From Bacteroidales bacterium (GTDB lineage: Bacteria > Bacteroidota > Bacteroidia > Bacteroidales > UBA3824), in NCBI GenBank assembly GCA_017394445.1, contig JAFPYT010000071.1:25005-89004 (forward strand): 64,000 nucleotides of DNA, written 5' to 3'. Shown piece by piece: positions 27,607-37,055 of this stretch. The first letter of the stretch is position 1; every line of letters begins with the position of its first letter. Below the pieces are notes generated by a model. It had not been told where the DNA came from. It was given only the letters and a program-made list of their open reading frames with translations, and searched no databases. The position numbers and the translations under genes are program-made.

Positions 27607-29025
27607 CTACGACAACAGCAAATTCTTTAAATCTTCTACGTAATCATCTATTAATGTGATAGTTAACCCATCACAGTCAACCACATTGTCGGCAAATTCA
27701 TCAAAATACATCTCGTTAATCTTATCCGCTAAAACAGAGGGCATAAGGTGATGTGTTTTAATAATTTCGCTAACAGATGAATTTTGCAAAAGGGCTATGA
27801 GAATTTGATTTTCGATAGATTGCACGGGGGCGATTTCGTTGGGTAGAGACGGTGTGCACACCGTCTCTACATTTATGGGCGTGGAAATATCCATATCCAT
27901 TACATCATCCTCGGTTAATAGGCTTTCGCGGGTTTCGGCAGAATCGGTGCGTATTTGGTCTAAGGATGAGAGGTTTACCGACACTTGCGGACGTGATTGA
28001 AATTCGCAATAGCGTATAGCCTTGTCGATACCTTCAAAAAATGGCTGATACGCCTCCATCTCTTTCACCTTGCTGCCTGTGCGAAAATACTGACGAAGTT
28101 TGTAATCAACTGCACCAATGTAATTTACCAACATACGTTTTTGCGGATAGGCAAAATAGTAAAACTTCTGATACCATTCGCCGCGACGAAAAAGGTAAAT
28201 CAATGTGGGATATAATTCGTAAATAGCATCGTCGGTTTTAGCCGCAGCATAGTAAATAGCATTGGCAAAAGGTTGCCAACTTCGGGTAACTGGTTCGCCA
28301 AAAATATTGTTAAACAGTTCCTTAGTCAAATATCGCCAAACGCCTACAAAATATTTTTTGCCGTTTTCGCCCTGCTTTGTAAACACAGGCGATTTTGTGA
28401 TTTTTTTGGCAGAAAGGAGTTCAAAAGCCGCTAAAATCTCATCATCGGTGGCATTGTCGGGATTATGCAGTAGCGATAGCGCGCGGTGATTATCATTATT
28501 GTCGGTAGAATATTTTTGCAGCGTTTCTTTGGGAAGATTGTTAACAATGCACAAATCGCACGCCCAATGGTTCAGATAGTTAACCACACGGCGTGCATCG
28601 TAACTTTCGCCCGAATATGCGTCGCGGATTTGGTCTATCTTGCTGAGCGACTCTTGTGGCGAATTTACACCAATGCCATTGATAAGTTCGTAAATATAAA
28701 GGTAGAGATACGACAGCGACGTAGGTTTAAACACACCCTTGCGAACATCGGTGCGCCAAGTAAAATATGTGCGCAACTGACTCACATTCATATCGTGATA
28801 GGTGGGGAAATAATGCTGAAAATGAACGCTCACCGTGGCATTATCCTCAAAATTTTCCATAAACTTGCCCTGACGGTAAAAGTTTTTGGCTTGCAACAGA
28901 GGGTCGCCACCGCCATACTCATACATCTGCCGCATTTTTGAAATCATCGGCGGCACGCCAGGAATATCGCTCGCACGCATTACACCGGGTATAATAGGAG
29001 TATCTTTAAAAACCTTCTCGTCCAT
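27607..29025 (-). CDS. TerB-N + TerB-C domain protein (Shango SngA-like)
   Basis: The N-terminal region YFPTYHDMNVSQLRTYFTWRTDVRKG....YLYLYIYELINGIG is TerB-N-like. The C-terminal region LIALLQNSSVSEIIKTHHLMPSVLADKINEMYFDEFADNVVDCDG is TerB-C-like. Confidence 0.7.
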   Translation of the reverse strand: MDEKVFKDTPIIPGVMRASDIPGVPPMISKMRQMYEYGGGDPLLQAKNFYRQGKFMENFEDNATVSVHFQHYFPTYHDMNVSQLRTYFTWRTDVRKGVFKPTSLSYLYLYIYELINGIGVNSPQESLSKIDQIRDAYSGESYDARRVVNYLNHWACDLCIVNNLPKETLQKYSTDNNDNHRALSLLHNPDNATDDEILAAFELLSAKKITKSPVFTKQGENGKKYFVGVWRYLTKELFNNIFGEPVTRSWQPFANAIYYAAAKTDDAIYELYPTLIYLFRRGEWYQKFYYFAYPQKRMLVNYIGAVDYKLRQYFRTGSKVKEMEAYQPFFEGIDKAIRYCEFQSRPQVSVNLSSLDQIRTDSAETRESLLTEDDVMDMDISTPINVETVCTPSLPNEIAPVQSIENQILIALLQNSSVSEIIKTHHLMPSVLADKINEMYFDEFADNVVDCDGLTITLIDDYVEDLKNLLLS

Positions 29026-29061
29026 AAAAAAGCAAAAAAATGTGTGCCGCTAAGATAGAAA

Positions 29062-30864
29062 TTATCTGTTAAAAACCCGCATAAAACACTCCTTGCAATC
29101 GAATTTTAGTGCGAATGAGCCGTAAGAACTTACTAAGCGGTATTCGTCGCATTTCCACTTATCGGTCATAACACCTTTATTTTTGGGACAATAACCCAAT
29201 TCGCGACGTATACAGTAGCGAGTGGTCATAAGTTCAAGACCTTTGGTAGAGTTTTGGAGTTCAAATGCCTGCTGAGTAACGTTACAGCCGTGTTTTTTGT
29301 AAAAATCCTTAGCCAGACGGTTGGAAACATTGAGCCTATATCCGCCTTCGGTTTCAAAATATGGAGCATTGCCCGACGGTTTGGGCGAATCTTTTGGATG
29401 AAAAGTTTTAATACGCTTTTGTTCAAGCATTTGCAAAACATTGCGACGGGCTTCGTTTATAACAGAGTTTGGGATAAAAGGTGATTCGTCAAAATCAAAC
29501 GTAATTCGCTTACATTCAAACTTTTCGCCACATTTGCTTAGCGAATTGGTGATACTATCAAATGCCCGCTCTTGGTTGTCGGCTCGCTGCAATTGAAACT
29601 GTGTAAAACACTCACATTCAATATTATCTTCATCAAGAGCAATTATTGTAAAGCCATTATCCGAAAGCGTTACGGTAAACTCCACGGCAACTTTGCGGGT
29701 GGTTTTGGTGTTGTCGAGTTTTTGTTGAAACTTGATATCGAGATTGCGGTAAATATCTGTGCCAGTGACAATTTTCTCTTTTAAATTGGCAGTAATAATG
29801 CCGTTCTCTATTTTCTCTACACGAAAACCGTACATTGCGCCATTAAACACGCAGCACAATCCATCACCATTTGAAATCACCTCATCAGTCTTGATTTTCA
29901 AATTGTTACCTCTTACCATAACCACCTTACCCAAATATTCACCCGAAGATTTGGGACTAATATGGTTAGCCATTTTATTAGGCTCAACTGCAAAATAATC
30001 AGTGAATTTGCGGTTAAAAACCTTCTGCGGCGAGGGTGTAAAATCAAAATAGCACCGTCCCGATGAAGGTTTACGCACTTTGCCGTTTAAAATATTGTCA
30101 ATCAGGTTTCTATAATGCACTGTGATATTTGCCACGTAAGATTTATCCTTTAATCTGCCCTCAATTTTTAGAGAATCTACACCAGCAGAGTACATCTCAG
30201 CAATATGCGAAGTCATATTTAAATCTCTGAGCGACAATAGATAAGAATCTTTTATCAAAACCTCTCCCCTACTATTAAGCAAATCGTATTTCAAGCGGCA
30301 CGCCTGCGCACATTCGCCACGGTTGGCACTACGTCCGCCGATAGCCGCACTCATATAGCATTGTCCGCTTAGCGAAACGCACAACGCACCGTGGATAAAG
30401 CACTCTATTTCAGCATTTATGCTCTTGCGAATCTCTTTAATCCGCTCCAAAGGAGTTTCTCGGGCAAGCACTATGCGTTTAAAACCAATCTCATCAAAAA
30501 ACATAATCCGCTGTAAATCAAAATTATTCATCTGTGTGCTTGCGTGGAGTTCTATCGGCGGAATATCCATTTCTAATATTCCCAAATCTTGAACAATAAG
30601 CGCATCCACGCCAATATTGTAAAGGTTGCGAATAAGTTTATTTACGATAGGCAATTCATTGTCGTAGAGAATTGTATTGAGCGTTACATAAACCTTTGCT
30701 TTATAGAAATGAGCATAGGTTACAAGTTTTTCTATATCCTGAATAGAATTGCCCGCAGCCTTGCGAGCGGAAAAGTCGTTTGCACCAATATACACAGCAT
30801 CAGCGCCACAATTTATAGCGGCAATGGCTGTTTCAAGATTTTTTGCGGGAGATAGAAGTTCCAT
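29062..30864 (-). CDS. Peptidase U32 family protein (long two-module form)
   Basis: Starts MELLSPAKNLETAIAAINCGADAVYIGANDFSARKAA, and also contains GRSANRGECAQACR. Its ATG overlaps the upstream stop in TAATG. Confidence 0.85.
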   Translation of the reverse strand: MELLSPAKNLETAIAAINCGADAVYIGANDFSARKAAGNSIQDIEKLVTYAHFYKAKVYVTLNTILYDNELPIVNKLIRNLYNIGVDALIVQDLGILEMDIPPIELHASTQMNNFDLQRIMFFDEIGFKRIVLARETPLERIKEIRKSINAEIECFIHGALCVSLSGQCYMSAAIGGRSANRGECAQACRLKYDLLNSRGEVLIKDSYLLSLRDLNMTSHIAEMYSAGVDSLKIEGRLKDKSYVANITVHYRNLIDNILNGKVRKPSSGRCYFDFTPSPQKVFNRKFTDYFAVEPNKMANHISPKSSGEYLGKVVMVRGNNLKIKTDEVISNGDGLCCVFNGAMYGFRVEKIENGIITANLKEKIVTGTDIYRNLDIKFQQKLDNTKTTRKVAVEFTVTLSDNGFTIIALDEDNIECECFTQFQLQRADNQERAFDSITNSLSKCGEKFECKRITFDFDESPFIPNSVINEARRNVLQMLEQKRIKTFHPKDSPKPSGNAPYFETEGGYRLNVSNRLAKDFYKKHGCNVTQQAFELQNSTKGLELMTTRYCIRRELGYCPKNKGVMTDKWKCDEYRLVSSYGSFALKFDCKECFMRVFNR

Positions 30865-33800
30865 TATTGCTTAATTGAAAGACCTACAACAGTAATATCG
30901 TCGCGCTGCGGCTGACCGTCCATAAAGGCGTTTAGTTCGGCAGAAAGTAGATTGCCCGTATTAGCCACCGAATCGTTGCGGTGCTGCGTTACAAAACGTA
31001 TAAACCTCTCTGTACCAAAACGTTTGCGCTGAGGATTATTTTGATCTACAAGTCCATCGGTTATCATAAAGAGTTTGTCGCCCGGACGGAAAAGGAATTG
31101 ATGCTCTTCAAAATCGTTGTTGATAACGGTTTCGTCGGTGAGACCAAGATGACGGTGCACACCCTTGATACGCTGCATTTCGTCGGTGGTATGGTCGTAG
31201 TAGAATATCGAAGAGCCTGTGCCGCAGAATGTTACATTATATCCGCCGTCAATTTTTACAAAGCGGCATAGGCGGACTTCCATACCGTCGTAGTTTTGGT
31301 TACGTTCTTGTTTAAGCACATTAATAAGTCCTTGACTTAGGTTTTCTAAAATCTGTTTTGGCTGCGTAATATCCTGAATCATAATAATTTCGTTGAGCAG
31401 GTTGTAGCCAATCAAACTCATAAACGCTCCAGGAACACCGTGACCAGTGCAGTCTGCCACCACAAATATCAACGAACCGTCGGGCAAAGGTTCAAACCAA
31501 TAAAAGTCACCCGAAACAATATCCTTAGGCATATAAATTACAAAATGCTCAAAATATTGCGAAATGCTCTCATCTAAAGGTAATATAGAGTGCTGCATCT
31601 GCTGAGCGTAGTGGAGACTATTGGTAATGGCGCTGTTTTGAACCTCGATTTTTTTGTAGCCTTTTTCAAGTTCAGAATTTTTCATAAAGAGTTGCTCTTT
31701 CTGCATCTCTATCTGCAATTGGTTCTCTTGCAACTGCATAAACGCCTCGGTGAGTTGCGTAGCCTGACGGCTACCCTCCTCTTGAGCACGTTTTAGCATA
31801 GTGATGTCGGTTTCGGTGAGAATCCAGTTGCAGAGGTTCCCATTATCGTCGAAAACGGTGTCTAACGATGCCTGAACCCAATTGACACTATCGTAGAAGC
31901 GGTGGCAGGTTTCGTATGTAACATTTTGACTGCTCTGCCGTGCAAGTTGTATCAGTTCTTGATTCTTTTTGTCAGACGAAAGGTAAGACTCAAAATAATT
32001 GCGTCCGTGGATATAGAGAAATTCATCAAACGAGCAGCCGTAAATATTTTTAAATGAATCGTTTGTCCATTGGATATTACCGTCCTTATCCATAATAATC
32101 ACCGAATTGGTAGAACGAGTAGCCACAAACGACATCTGACGGAGGCGTTCGTTCTGATCTTCAAGTTGTTGATTACGTTGCTGCAGCAAAGCCGAAAGGT
32201 TATTGGCCTTATTTTTCAACTTGGCAGTGCGACGGCGTATCAACAATGTAATCAACAAAGCACAAATAACCACATAAAGCAATATAGCCCAAATAGTTAG
32301 ATAAAACGGCGCAACAATCGTAAATTCAAACGAAGCCACCGACGATTCCACATTTTCGCAGTTTTTGGCCTTAACCTTAAACACATAGTGTCCAGGAGGT
32401 AGTTTGGTAAATTCCCTTACATTGGCGTGCGACCATTCGTTCCATCCGCTGTCGATACCTTCGAGTTTGTAACTATACACCATCGACTCAAGATTTTCAA
32501 ATGCCGAAGTTGAAAATGTGATGCGGATTTTATTGTTGTGATACTCACATTCAGCTTTGAAAATCGAATCAGAAGGGTTGCCCAAATCGTTGTAGGTGGT
32601 GTACACATTATAATTACGGTCGGCTGTGGCACTTTTAAAATATCTGTATCCTCGGTAAACCCTTTCGCCATTAAACGATACCGAATTGATAATGGTGTTG
32701 AAAGGTTGGCTTGCGGGATTAAACGATGTAGTATCTTTGATATCGCCCTTTACAAGTCCACGGTTTGTGGAATATAGCAACACAGAATCCAACACATTAA
32801 TATTATAAACCGTTTCTAAAGAGACTCTGAAATGTATAATCTCGTTTCGTTCGGGATGCGAGCGGTTGATACGGCGATTGCAAGACTGCGTAAAAACAAA
32901 AAACTCATCGGTAAGTTTGCTGTAAGCAAAATGATAAATCAATTCATCAGGGTCGAAACATTTATTAAGAGCTGTATCAGCCTCGAACACAAGCGGTTGC
33001 ATTGGATTTCCGATTTTTGCGCGTTTAAATTGACCATCGTTGATATATACCATATCATCTACCACCTCTACAGTAAGTTGGTTAAGATGTTCAAAACCGT
33101 AATTAGAGTCGATATACTCAGAATCAAAGTCGGTTAGAGTGTTACCCTTTGGCGTTAGCAACAAAATTCCGTCGGAAAGCGATGTGCACCAAAACGTGCC
33201 GTTGTTTGCAATTTTTAATTTAAACAGCGGACGATTTATTTGGCTGATACTACGCACATTAGTTACCGTAATTACTCCATTATTGACAACATAGTCGCAC
33301 ACCTTGAAACCTTCAAATCCAGTGATAAATAGTTTGCCGGGATAGAGAGGCGAAACAGCCGCTCCGTATGTGCGACCTGTATTAGCTATCTGAACAGCCT
33401 TGTCGGGGAAAACCTGATAAAGTCCTTCGGATGTACAGGCAATGGTAAGTCCCTCGATACCAACCAAATCCCAACAGAAATGCTGACCGTGTGTTACATT
33501 ATAAGGAATTGGGCGGAAACTCGAATTTTTGCCAGCTCCCTCGTGCGACGATACAAAAATCGACGACACTGTGCCCACATAATAGTAATTCTTGTCGGTA
33601 TGCGCACACAGCACCACGCTCGAAACTCCCTGATTAGCAAAGTAGAACACAAACGGTGAATTGAGTTCTATTTTTGAAATTCCTCCCGAATACGATGCCC
33701 AAAGATTGTTTTTTGAATCAAAAAACACATTAACTATATCGTTGACAGGCAGGTTGATATCCTTATCGATTTTTTGGAGATATTCGTAGCGGTTGGAATA

Positions 33801-34670
33801 CACGTAGATGCCGTTGTTGGTGGCTACGGCAATTTTGCGCAAACGTTTGTTGTATTTAATATCGTTTACCACAATGTGAGGATGATTGTCGGTGGCAAGC
33901 GTTATAGTTTTCACATCTTCGGGAGCGATACTTTTGGTTTTCAGTAATTTATCAAGATTGATTTCGCACGCCTTATAGCCATTAGAAATAAACAAAAGGC
34001 GCGAATTATCCATCTCTAACATCCTAACATCGTCGGTTTTGATGCCCGAAGTGCTTACGTTACAGACGTTTTGCAATATTCCGTCAAAATATGTGTAAAA
34101 ATCGCCGTTGGTGCAGAGTATTACGATACCTCCATTGTAGGGCATTGAGGCGGCAATATCTCCCACGCTGCGCACAATTATACCGTTACTGTTGCTCAAT
34201 ACGGCAAAACCATCTTTGAGCATAAACACAACTCTGCCGCTGTCGGATTCGCATCCAAAAATATTGGTGACGTCGCGGCTGTTGAATGGCACTTCTAATG
34301 GAATAAATTTTAATGAGCCGTTGATTTCGGGGTGATAGTAGCCAATGCACTCAGGACCAGCCACATAAATATTGTGAAAAGGCGAAACATAAACCTTTGC
34401 CAAAAGTTCCGACCGGTTGGTGTGGTAAAAACGCTCCCACAAACGGCCGTTGTAGATTTTTAAACCCGCCGATGTGCACGACATAATGCACCCGTTGGAA
34501 TCTTCCGCCAATTGCGAGCATTTTACGATGTAGCCTTTTTCGTCGAGACGGTAGTTGTGTATAAACGACGACTTGCGGAATGTATTTGACTGCTGGCACA
34601 CAGCGGTATATGGGGCTAAAAGCATTGCCACCGCCACAATTAAACATCGTATAATATCAGTCAAATACAT
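30864..34670 (-). CDS. Sensor phosphatase: signal/anchor + two-component-regulator beta-propeller + Y_Y_Y + TM + coiled coil/PAS + PP2C (SpoIIE-type) phosphatase
   Basis: The Y_Y_Y-like segment YSYKLEGIDSGWNEWSHANVREFTKLPPGHYVFKVKAKN is followed by the TM helix WAILLYVVICALLITLLI. A PAS-like segment reads SVIIMDKDGNIQWTNDSF. The PP2C segment is SGDFYWFEPLPDGSLIFVVADCTGHGVPGAFMS...ITDGLVDQ...DDITVVG. Confidence 0.8.
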   Translation of the reverse strand: MYLTDIIRCLIVAVAMLLAPYTAVCQQSNTFRKSSFIHNYRLDEKGYIVKCSQLAEDSNGCIMSCTSAGLKIYNGRLWERFYHTNRSELLAKVYVSPFHNIYVAGPECIGYYHPEINGSLKFIPLEVPFNSRDVTNIFGCESDSGRVVFMLKDGFAVLSNSNGIIVRSVGDIAASMPYNGGIVILCTNGDFYTYFDGILQNVCNVSTSGIKTDDVRMLEMDNSRLLFISNGYKACEINLDKLLKTKSIAPEDVKTITLATDNHPHIVVNDIKYNKRLRKIAVATNNGIYVYSNRYEYLQKIDKDINLPVNDIVNVFFDSKNNLWASYSGGISKIELNSPFVFYFANQGVSSVVLCAHTDKNYYYVGTVSSIFVSSHEGAGKNSSFRPIPYNVTHGQHFCWDLVGIEGLTIACTSEGLYQVFPDKAVQIANTGRTYGAAVSPLYPGKLFITGFEGFKVCDYVVNNGVITVTNVRSISQINRPLFKLKIANNGTFWCTSLSDGILLLTPKGNTLTDFDSEYIDSNYGFEHLNQLTVEVVDDMVYINDGQFKRAKIGNPMQPLVFEADTALNKCFDPDELIYHFAYSKLTDEFFVFTQSCNRRINRSHPERNEIIHFRVSLETVYNINVLDSVLLYSTNRGLVKGDIKDTTSFNPASQPFNTIINSVSFNGERVYRGYRYFKSATADRNYNVYTTYNDLGNPSDSIFKAECEYHNNKIRITFSTSAFENLESMVYSYKLEGIDSGWNEWSHANVREFTKLPPGHYVFKVKAKNCENVESSVASFEFTIVAPFYLTIWAILLYVVICALLITLLIRRRTAKLKNKANNLSALLQQRNQQLEDQNERLRQMSFVATRSTNSVIIMDKDGNIQWTNDSFKNIYGCSFDEFLYIHGRNYFESYLSSDKKNQELIQLARQSSQNVTYETCHRFYDSVNWVQASLDTVFDDNGNLCNWILTETDITMLKRAQEEGSRQATQLTEAFMQLQENQLQIEMQKEQLFMKNSELEKGYKKIEVQNSAITNSLHYAQQMQHSILPLDESISQYFEHFVIYMPKDIVSGDFYWFEPLPDGSLIFVVADCTGHGVPGAFMSLIGYNLLNEIIMIQDITQPKQILENLSQGLINVLKQERNQNYDGMEVRLCRFVKIDGGYNVTFCGTGSSIFYYDHTTDEMQRIKGVHRHLGLTDETVINNDFEEHQFLFRPGDKLFMITDGLVDQNNPQRKRFGTERFIRFVTQHRNDSVANTGNLLSAELNAFMDGQPQRDDITVVGLSIKQ

Positions 34671-34707
34671 TAAAATATCTTGTTTCTATTAAATAATACA
34701 AATTAAC

Positions 34708-34737
34708 GAAAAAAGCCTGAATTAACAGGCTTTTTTT
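34708..34737 (-). terminator. Rho-independent terminator downstream of frr (symmetrical, A-run/T-run flanked)
   Basis: AAAAAAGCCTG-AATTAA-CAGGCTTTTTTT. On the minus strand the hairpin is followed by TTTTT. Confidence 0.6.
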
Positions 34738-34772
34738 AATAATTTTTTTCGACTATTTGTAAAAAAATTTTT

Positions 34773-35336
34773 TTACACAGTCATAATCTCGTTTTCTTTA
34801 ACCTGCGAAATCTTGTCGATGTCGGCTACAAAACGGTCGGTGAGTTTTTGTACCAACTCCTGACCCTGTTTAGACTCATCTTCGGTAAGTCCGTCTTTTT
34901 CAAGGGATTTAAGAGTATTGTTGGTATCTTTGCGAACACTGCGGACAGCCACACGAGCATTTTCTGCCTCGCTCTTTACCTGTTTTACAAGAGCCTTGCG
35001 GCGTTCTTCGGTGAGGGCGGGAATCACAATGCGGAGTATTTCGCCGTTGTTGGTGGGAGTAAGTCCGAGGTTAGCCTTCAGAATCTCCTTTTCGATTTTT
35101 GGGAGCATAGTTTTTTCCCAAGGCTGCACTACTATGGTGCGAGCGTCGGTGGTGCCTACGTTAGCCACTTGGTTGAGGGGGGTGGGTGTGCCGTAATAGT
35201 CTACACTTATACCCTGCAAAATAGCGGGTGTGGCTTTGCCTGCACGGATTTTGGCAAGTTCGCCTTCAAAGTGAACCACAGCGGCTTTCATTTTCTCTTC
35301 CGCCTCGTCTATGTACATTTGTGCTTCTTCGTTCAT
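34773..35336 (-). CDS. frr: Ribosome recycling factor
   Basis: 187 aa, with LAKIRAGKATPAILQGISVDYYGTPTPLNQVANV and IPALTEERRKALVKQVK. Confidence 0.9.
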   Translation of the reverse strand: MNEEAQMYIDEAEEKMKAAVVHFEGELAKIRAGKATPAILQGISVDYYGTPTPLNQVANVGTTDARTIVVQPWEKTMLPKIEKEILKANLGLTPTNNGEILRIVIPALTEERRKALVKQVKSEAENARVAVRSVRKDTNNTLKSLEKDGLTEDESKQGQELVQKLTDRFVADIDKISQVKENEIMTV

Positions 35337-35364
35337 TATGTGTTTTCGTTAAAATTATTTTTTA

Positions 35365-35372
35365 CAAATATA
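35365..35372 (-). promoter_or_regulatory. Bacteroidota -7 promoter box (TATATTTG on the minus strand) for frr
   Basis: The reverse complement of CAAATATA lies 29 nt upstream of ATG 35336. Confidence 0.4.
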
Positions 35373-35400
35373 TAGGTATATTTATTAACAACAAAATTTT

Positions 35401-36261
35401 TTATTGTTTTCCCAATTTTTTGAAATCGCCTTTGAGGAAACCGTCGGGTTCTTTGGTGCTGATTTTGTGCCATCCAAAGTAATAAACGCATCCGTCGTTA
35501 CCCAAAACCACATTAAAACAGCGAGCTGCCTTGGGGCTGCCCTTCGGAGGTCCTACCTTGTGTACAAACACAGTTTTTGGGTCGTTTGCCTTAACAATAT
35601 CTTCAAGATTTTCTTGCTCGGCAAGTATTTGAAACGGCTTGGTATACACGGTTTTAACCTTAGCTTCGGTGTTGAGGTCTTTGGGAAGGTCTTCCTTTAT
35701 AATATAGAGTTTTTTGTCGCCAAGTTTTTCGGCGTTGCGGTTATAATAAAGCACGATATTTTTTTCGGTGAGTTCGGGATGATCTTTGGTAAGGTTTACG
35801 TGATTCTGCATAAACTTGACAATGGGTGCAAGTTTATATACATATTTCTCATAATCCTGATTCTCGTAATACGACAATGGGAACGATGCCAACGTGGGCA
35901 TATCTTGTACCGATTTGTAGTCGCCACCAAGCACGAGCGAGAGAAATGCGTAGGTCATTTTGTCGGAATCATCTTTGTAATAATCTTTTGTAACCATCAA
36001 AAACGAATACTGCGGGTCGTATTTGCGTTTTTGAAAATCGTCGAACGAGCAATATTCAAACTTTGTGATTGTCCAGCTGCTTTCAACAGCCTGTTTGATA
36101 CCCGAGTTGTAACTGTTGAAAATATTGTTGTCGAGCACAACGCAGGTTTTGGTGTTGAGAAACTTTTTGATAACGTCGGCGCCCGCCACCTTTTCTTGAG
36201 CCAACGAGGGCAGAGCCACAAGCACCGCCACGAGTGCAAATAATAGGTTCTTTATCTTCAT
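35401..36261 (-). CDS. Hypothetical secreted protein
   Basis: The signal peptide MKIKNLLFALVAVLVALPSLAQE starts at ATG 36261, which I prefer over 36288. I recognise no family. Confidence 0.6.
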   Translation of the reverse strand: MKIKNLLFALVAVLVALPSLAQEKVAGADVIKKFLNTKTCVVLDNNIFNSYNSGIKQAVESSWTITKFEYCSFDDFQKRKYDPQYSFLMVTKDYYKDDSDKMTYAFLSLVLGGDYKSVQDMPTLASFPLSYYENQDYEKYVYKLAPIVKFMQNHVNLTKDHPELTEKNIVLYYNRNAEKLGDKKLYIIKEDLPKDLNTEAKVKTVYTKPFQILAEQENLEDIVKANDPKTVFVHKVGPPKGSPKAARCFNVVLGNDGCVYYFGWHKISTKEPDGFLKGDFKKLGKQ

Positions 36262-36296
36262 AAAAATAGGTTTTATATCGTTAAACAATAGATAAA

Positions 36297-36962
36297 TTAT
36301 TCATAAACAGGTAGATACAAAGGATGTTTTTCGTTAAACTTTCGCATATAGTAAAAAAGTTTTGCATTGCGTTTTTTGCGTTTGAGGGCGGCAAACTCGT
36401 CGTGGAGTTCGGGGTCTTTCATTAGCATCTGCTCAAGATTGTTGGCATTGTATTCAAGAATGTCGCCGGTTTCAAAATTGAGCAAATATTGCTGTGCCTC
36501 GGTAGATGTGGTGTAAGCCGGACCATACATACTATAACGACCGTACATTCCGCCGTAGAAAGGGTCGCGCGAATTGATATAGGTTTTGGTGCCGAGAAAA
36601 TGGCAAATGCTGCCCACAATGCCCACACGGTTGAAATATCCGTTGTGATAAACGTAGATAATGCCGCCCGAACAGTAGCCCCACAGCGACGATGTTTTCA
36701 CTGTTACCTCGTTGCCCACCTCGTCGAATAGCGTAATTGTGTTTTCCTGAGTAAGATAGTCGAAAAAAGCAAGGTCGTTGGGGTCGATTTGACTTTTTAC
36801 ACGAGCCTTATCAACGGGTTTGTTTTTTTGCATCATCTCCTTGTTGAGATACAGCCCGTCGGTAAACACAAAATCTTCATCGTAGACTTGCTTGGTCTGC
36901 GAATGTAACGACACGGCGATGCACAACAATATAAGCGACAATAATATATGTTTCATAAACAT
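36297..36962 (-). CDS. Hypothetical secreted protein
   Basis: The signal peptide is MKHILLSLILLCIAVSLHSQ. I recognise no family. It is adjacent to and co-oriented with 35401-36261. Confidence 0.6.
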   Translation of the reverse strand: MFMKHILLSLILLCIAVSLHSQTKQVYDEDFVFTDGLYLNKEMMQKNKPVDKARVKSQIDPNDLAFFDYLTQENTITLFDEVGNEVTVKTSSLWGYCSGGIIYVYHNGYFNRVGIVGSICHFLGTKTYINSRDPFYGGMYGRYSMYGPAYTTSTEAQQYLLNFETGDILEYNANNLEQMLMKDPELHDEFAALKRKKRNAKLFYYMRKFNEKHPLYLPVYE

Positions 36963-37028
36963 TGCAATATTTTACTATCCAAATATAAGGATAATTTGTA
37001 AAACGGCGGCATAATTTTAATTTTTTTT

Positions 37029-37036
37029 TAATTTTG
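37029..37036 (+). promoter_or_regulatory. Bacteroidota -7 promoter box (TAATTTTG)
   Basis: Lies 20 nt upstream of ATG 37056. Confidence 0.4.
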
Positions 37037-37055
37037 CCGCTCAAAAGCACCCAAA

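Noticed and set aside
22191-35336. Treating the whole pyrH...frr interval as one inserted genomic island, since pyrH and frr are neighbours in many bacteria.
   Set aside because: The two genes are on opposite strands here. The interval contains ordinary genes (Ldh_2, U32, sensor phosphatase), and there is no integrase, transposase or flanking repeat. Only the three-gene TerB/ATPase/helicase triad looks accessory.
35404-36243. A long antisense ORF (279 aa, plus strand), and similar long shadows at 5147-5893(-), 58993-59661(-), 46794-47357(+), 49919-50485(+), 22578-23087(-), 47888-48424(+), 34848-35375(+) and 63135-63659(-).
   Set aside because: Each lies entirely opposite a gene with strong family motifs or a signal peptide. 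The translations are low-complexity (F/V/C/H/R-rich) with no recognisable motif, promoter box or sensible start context. I treat them as frame shadows.
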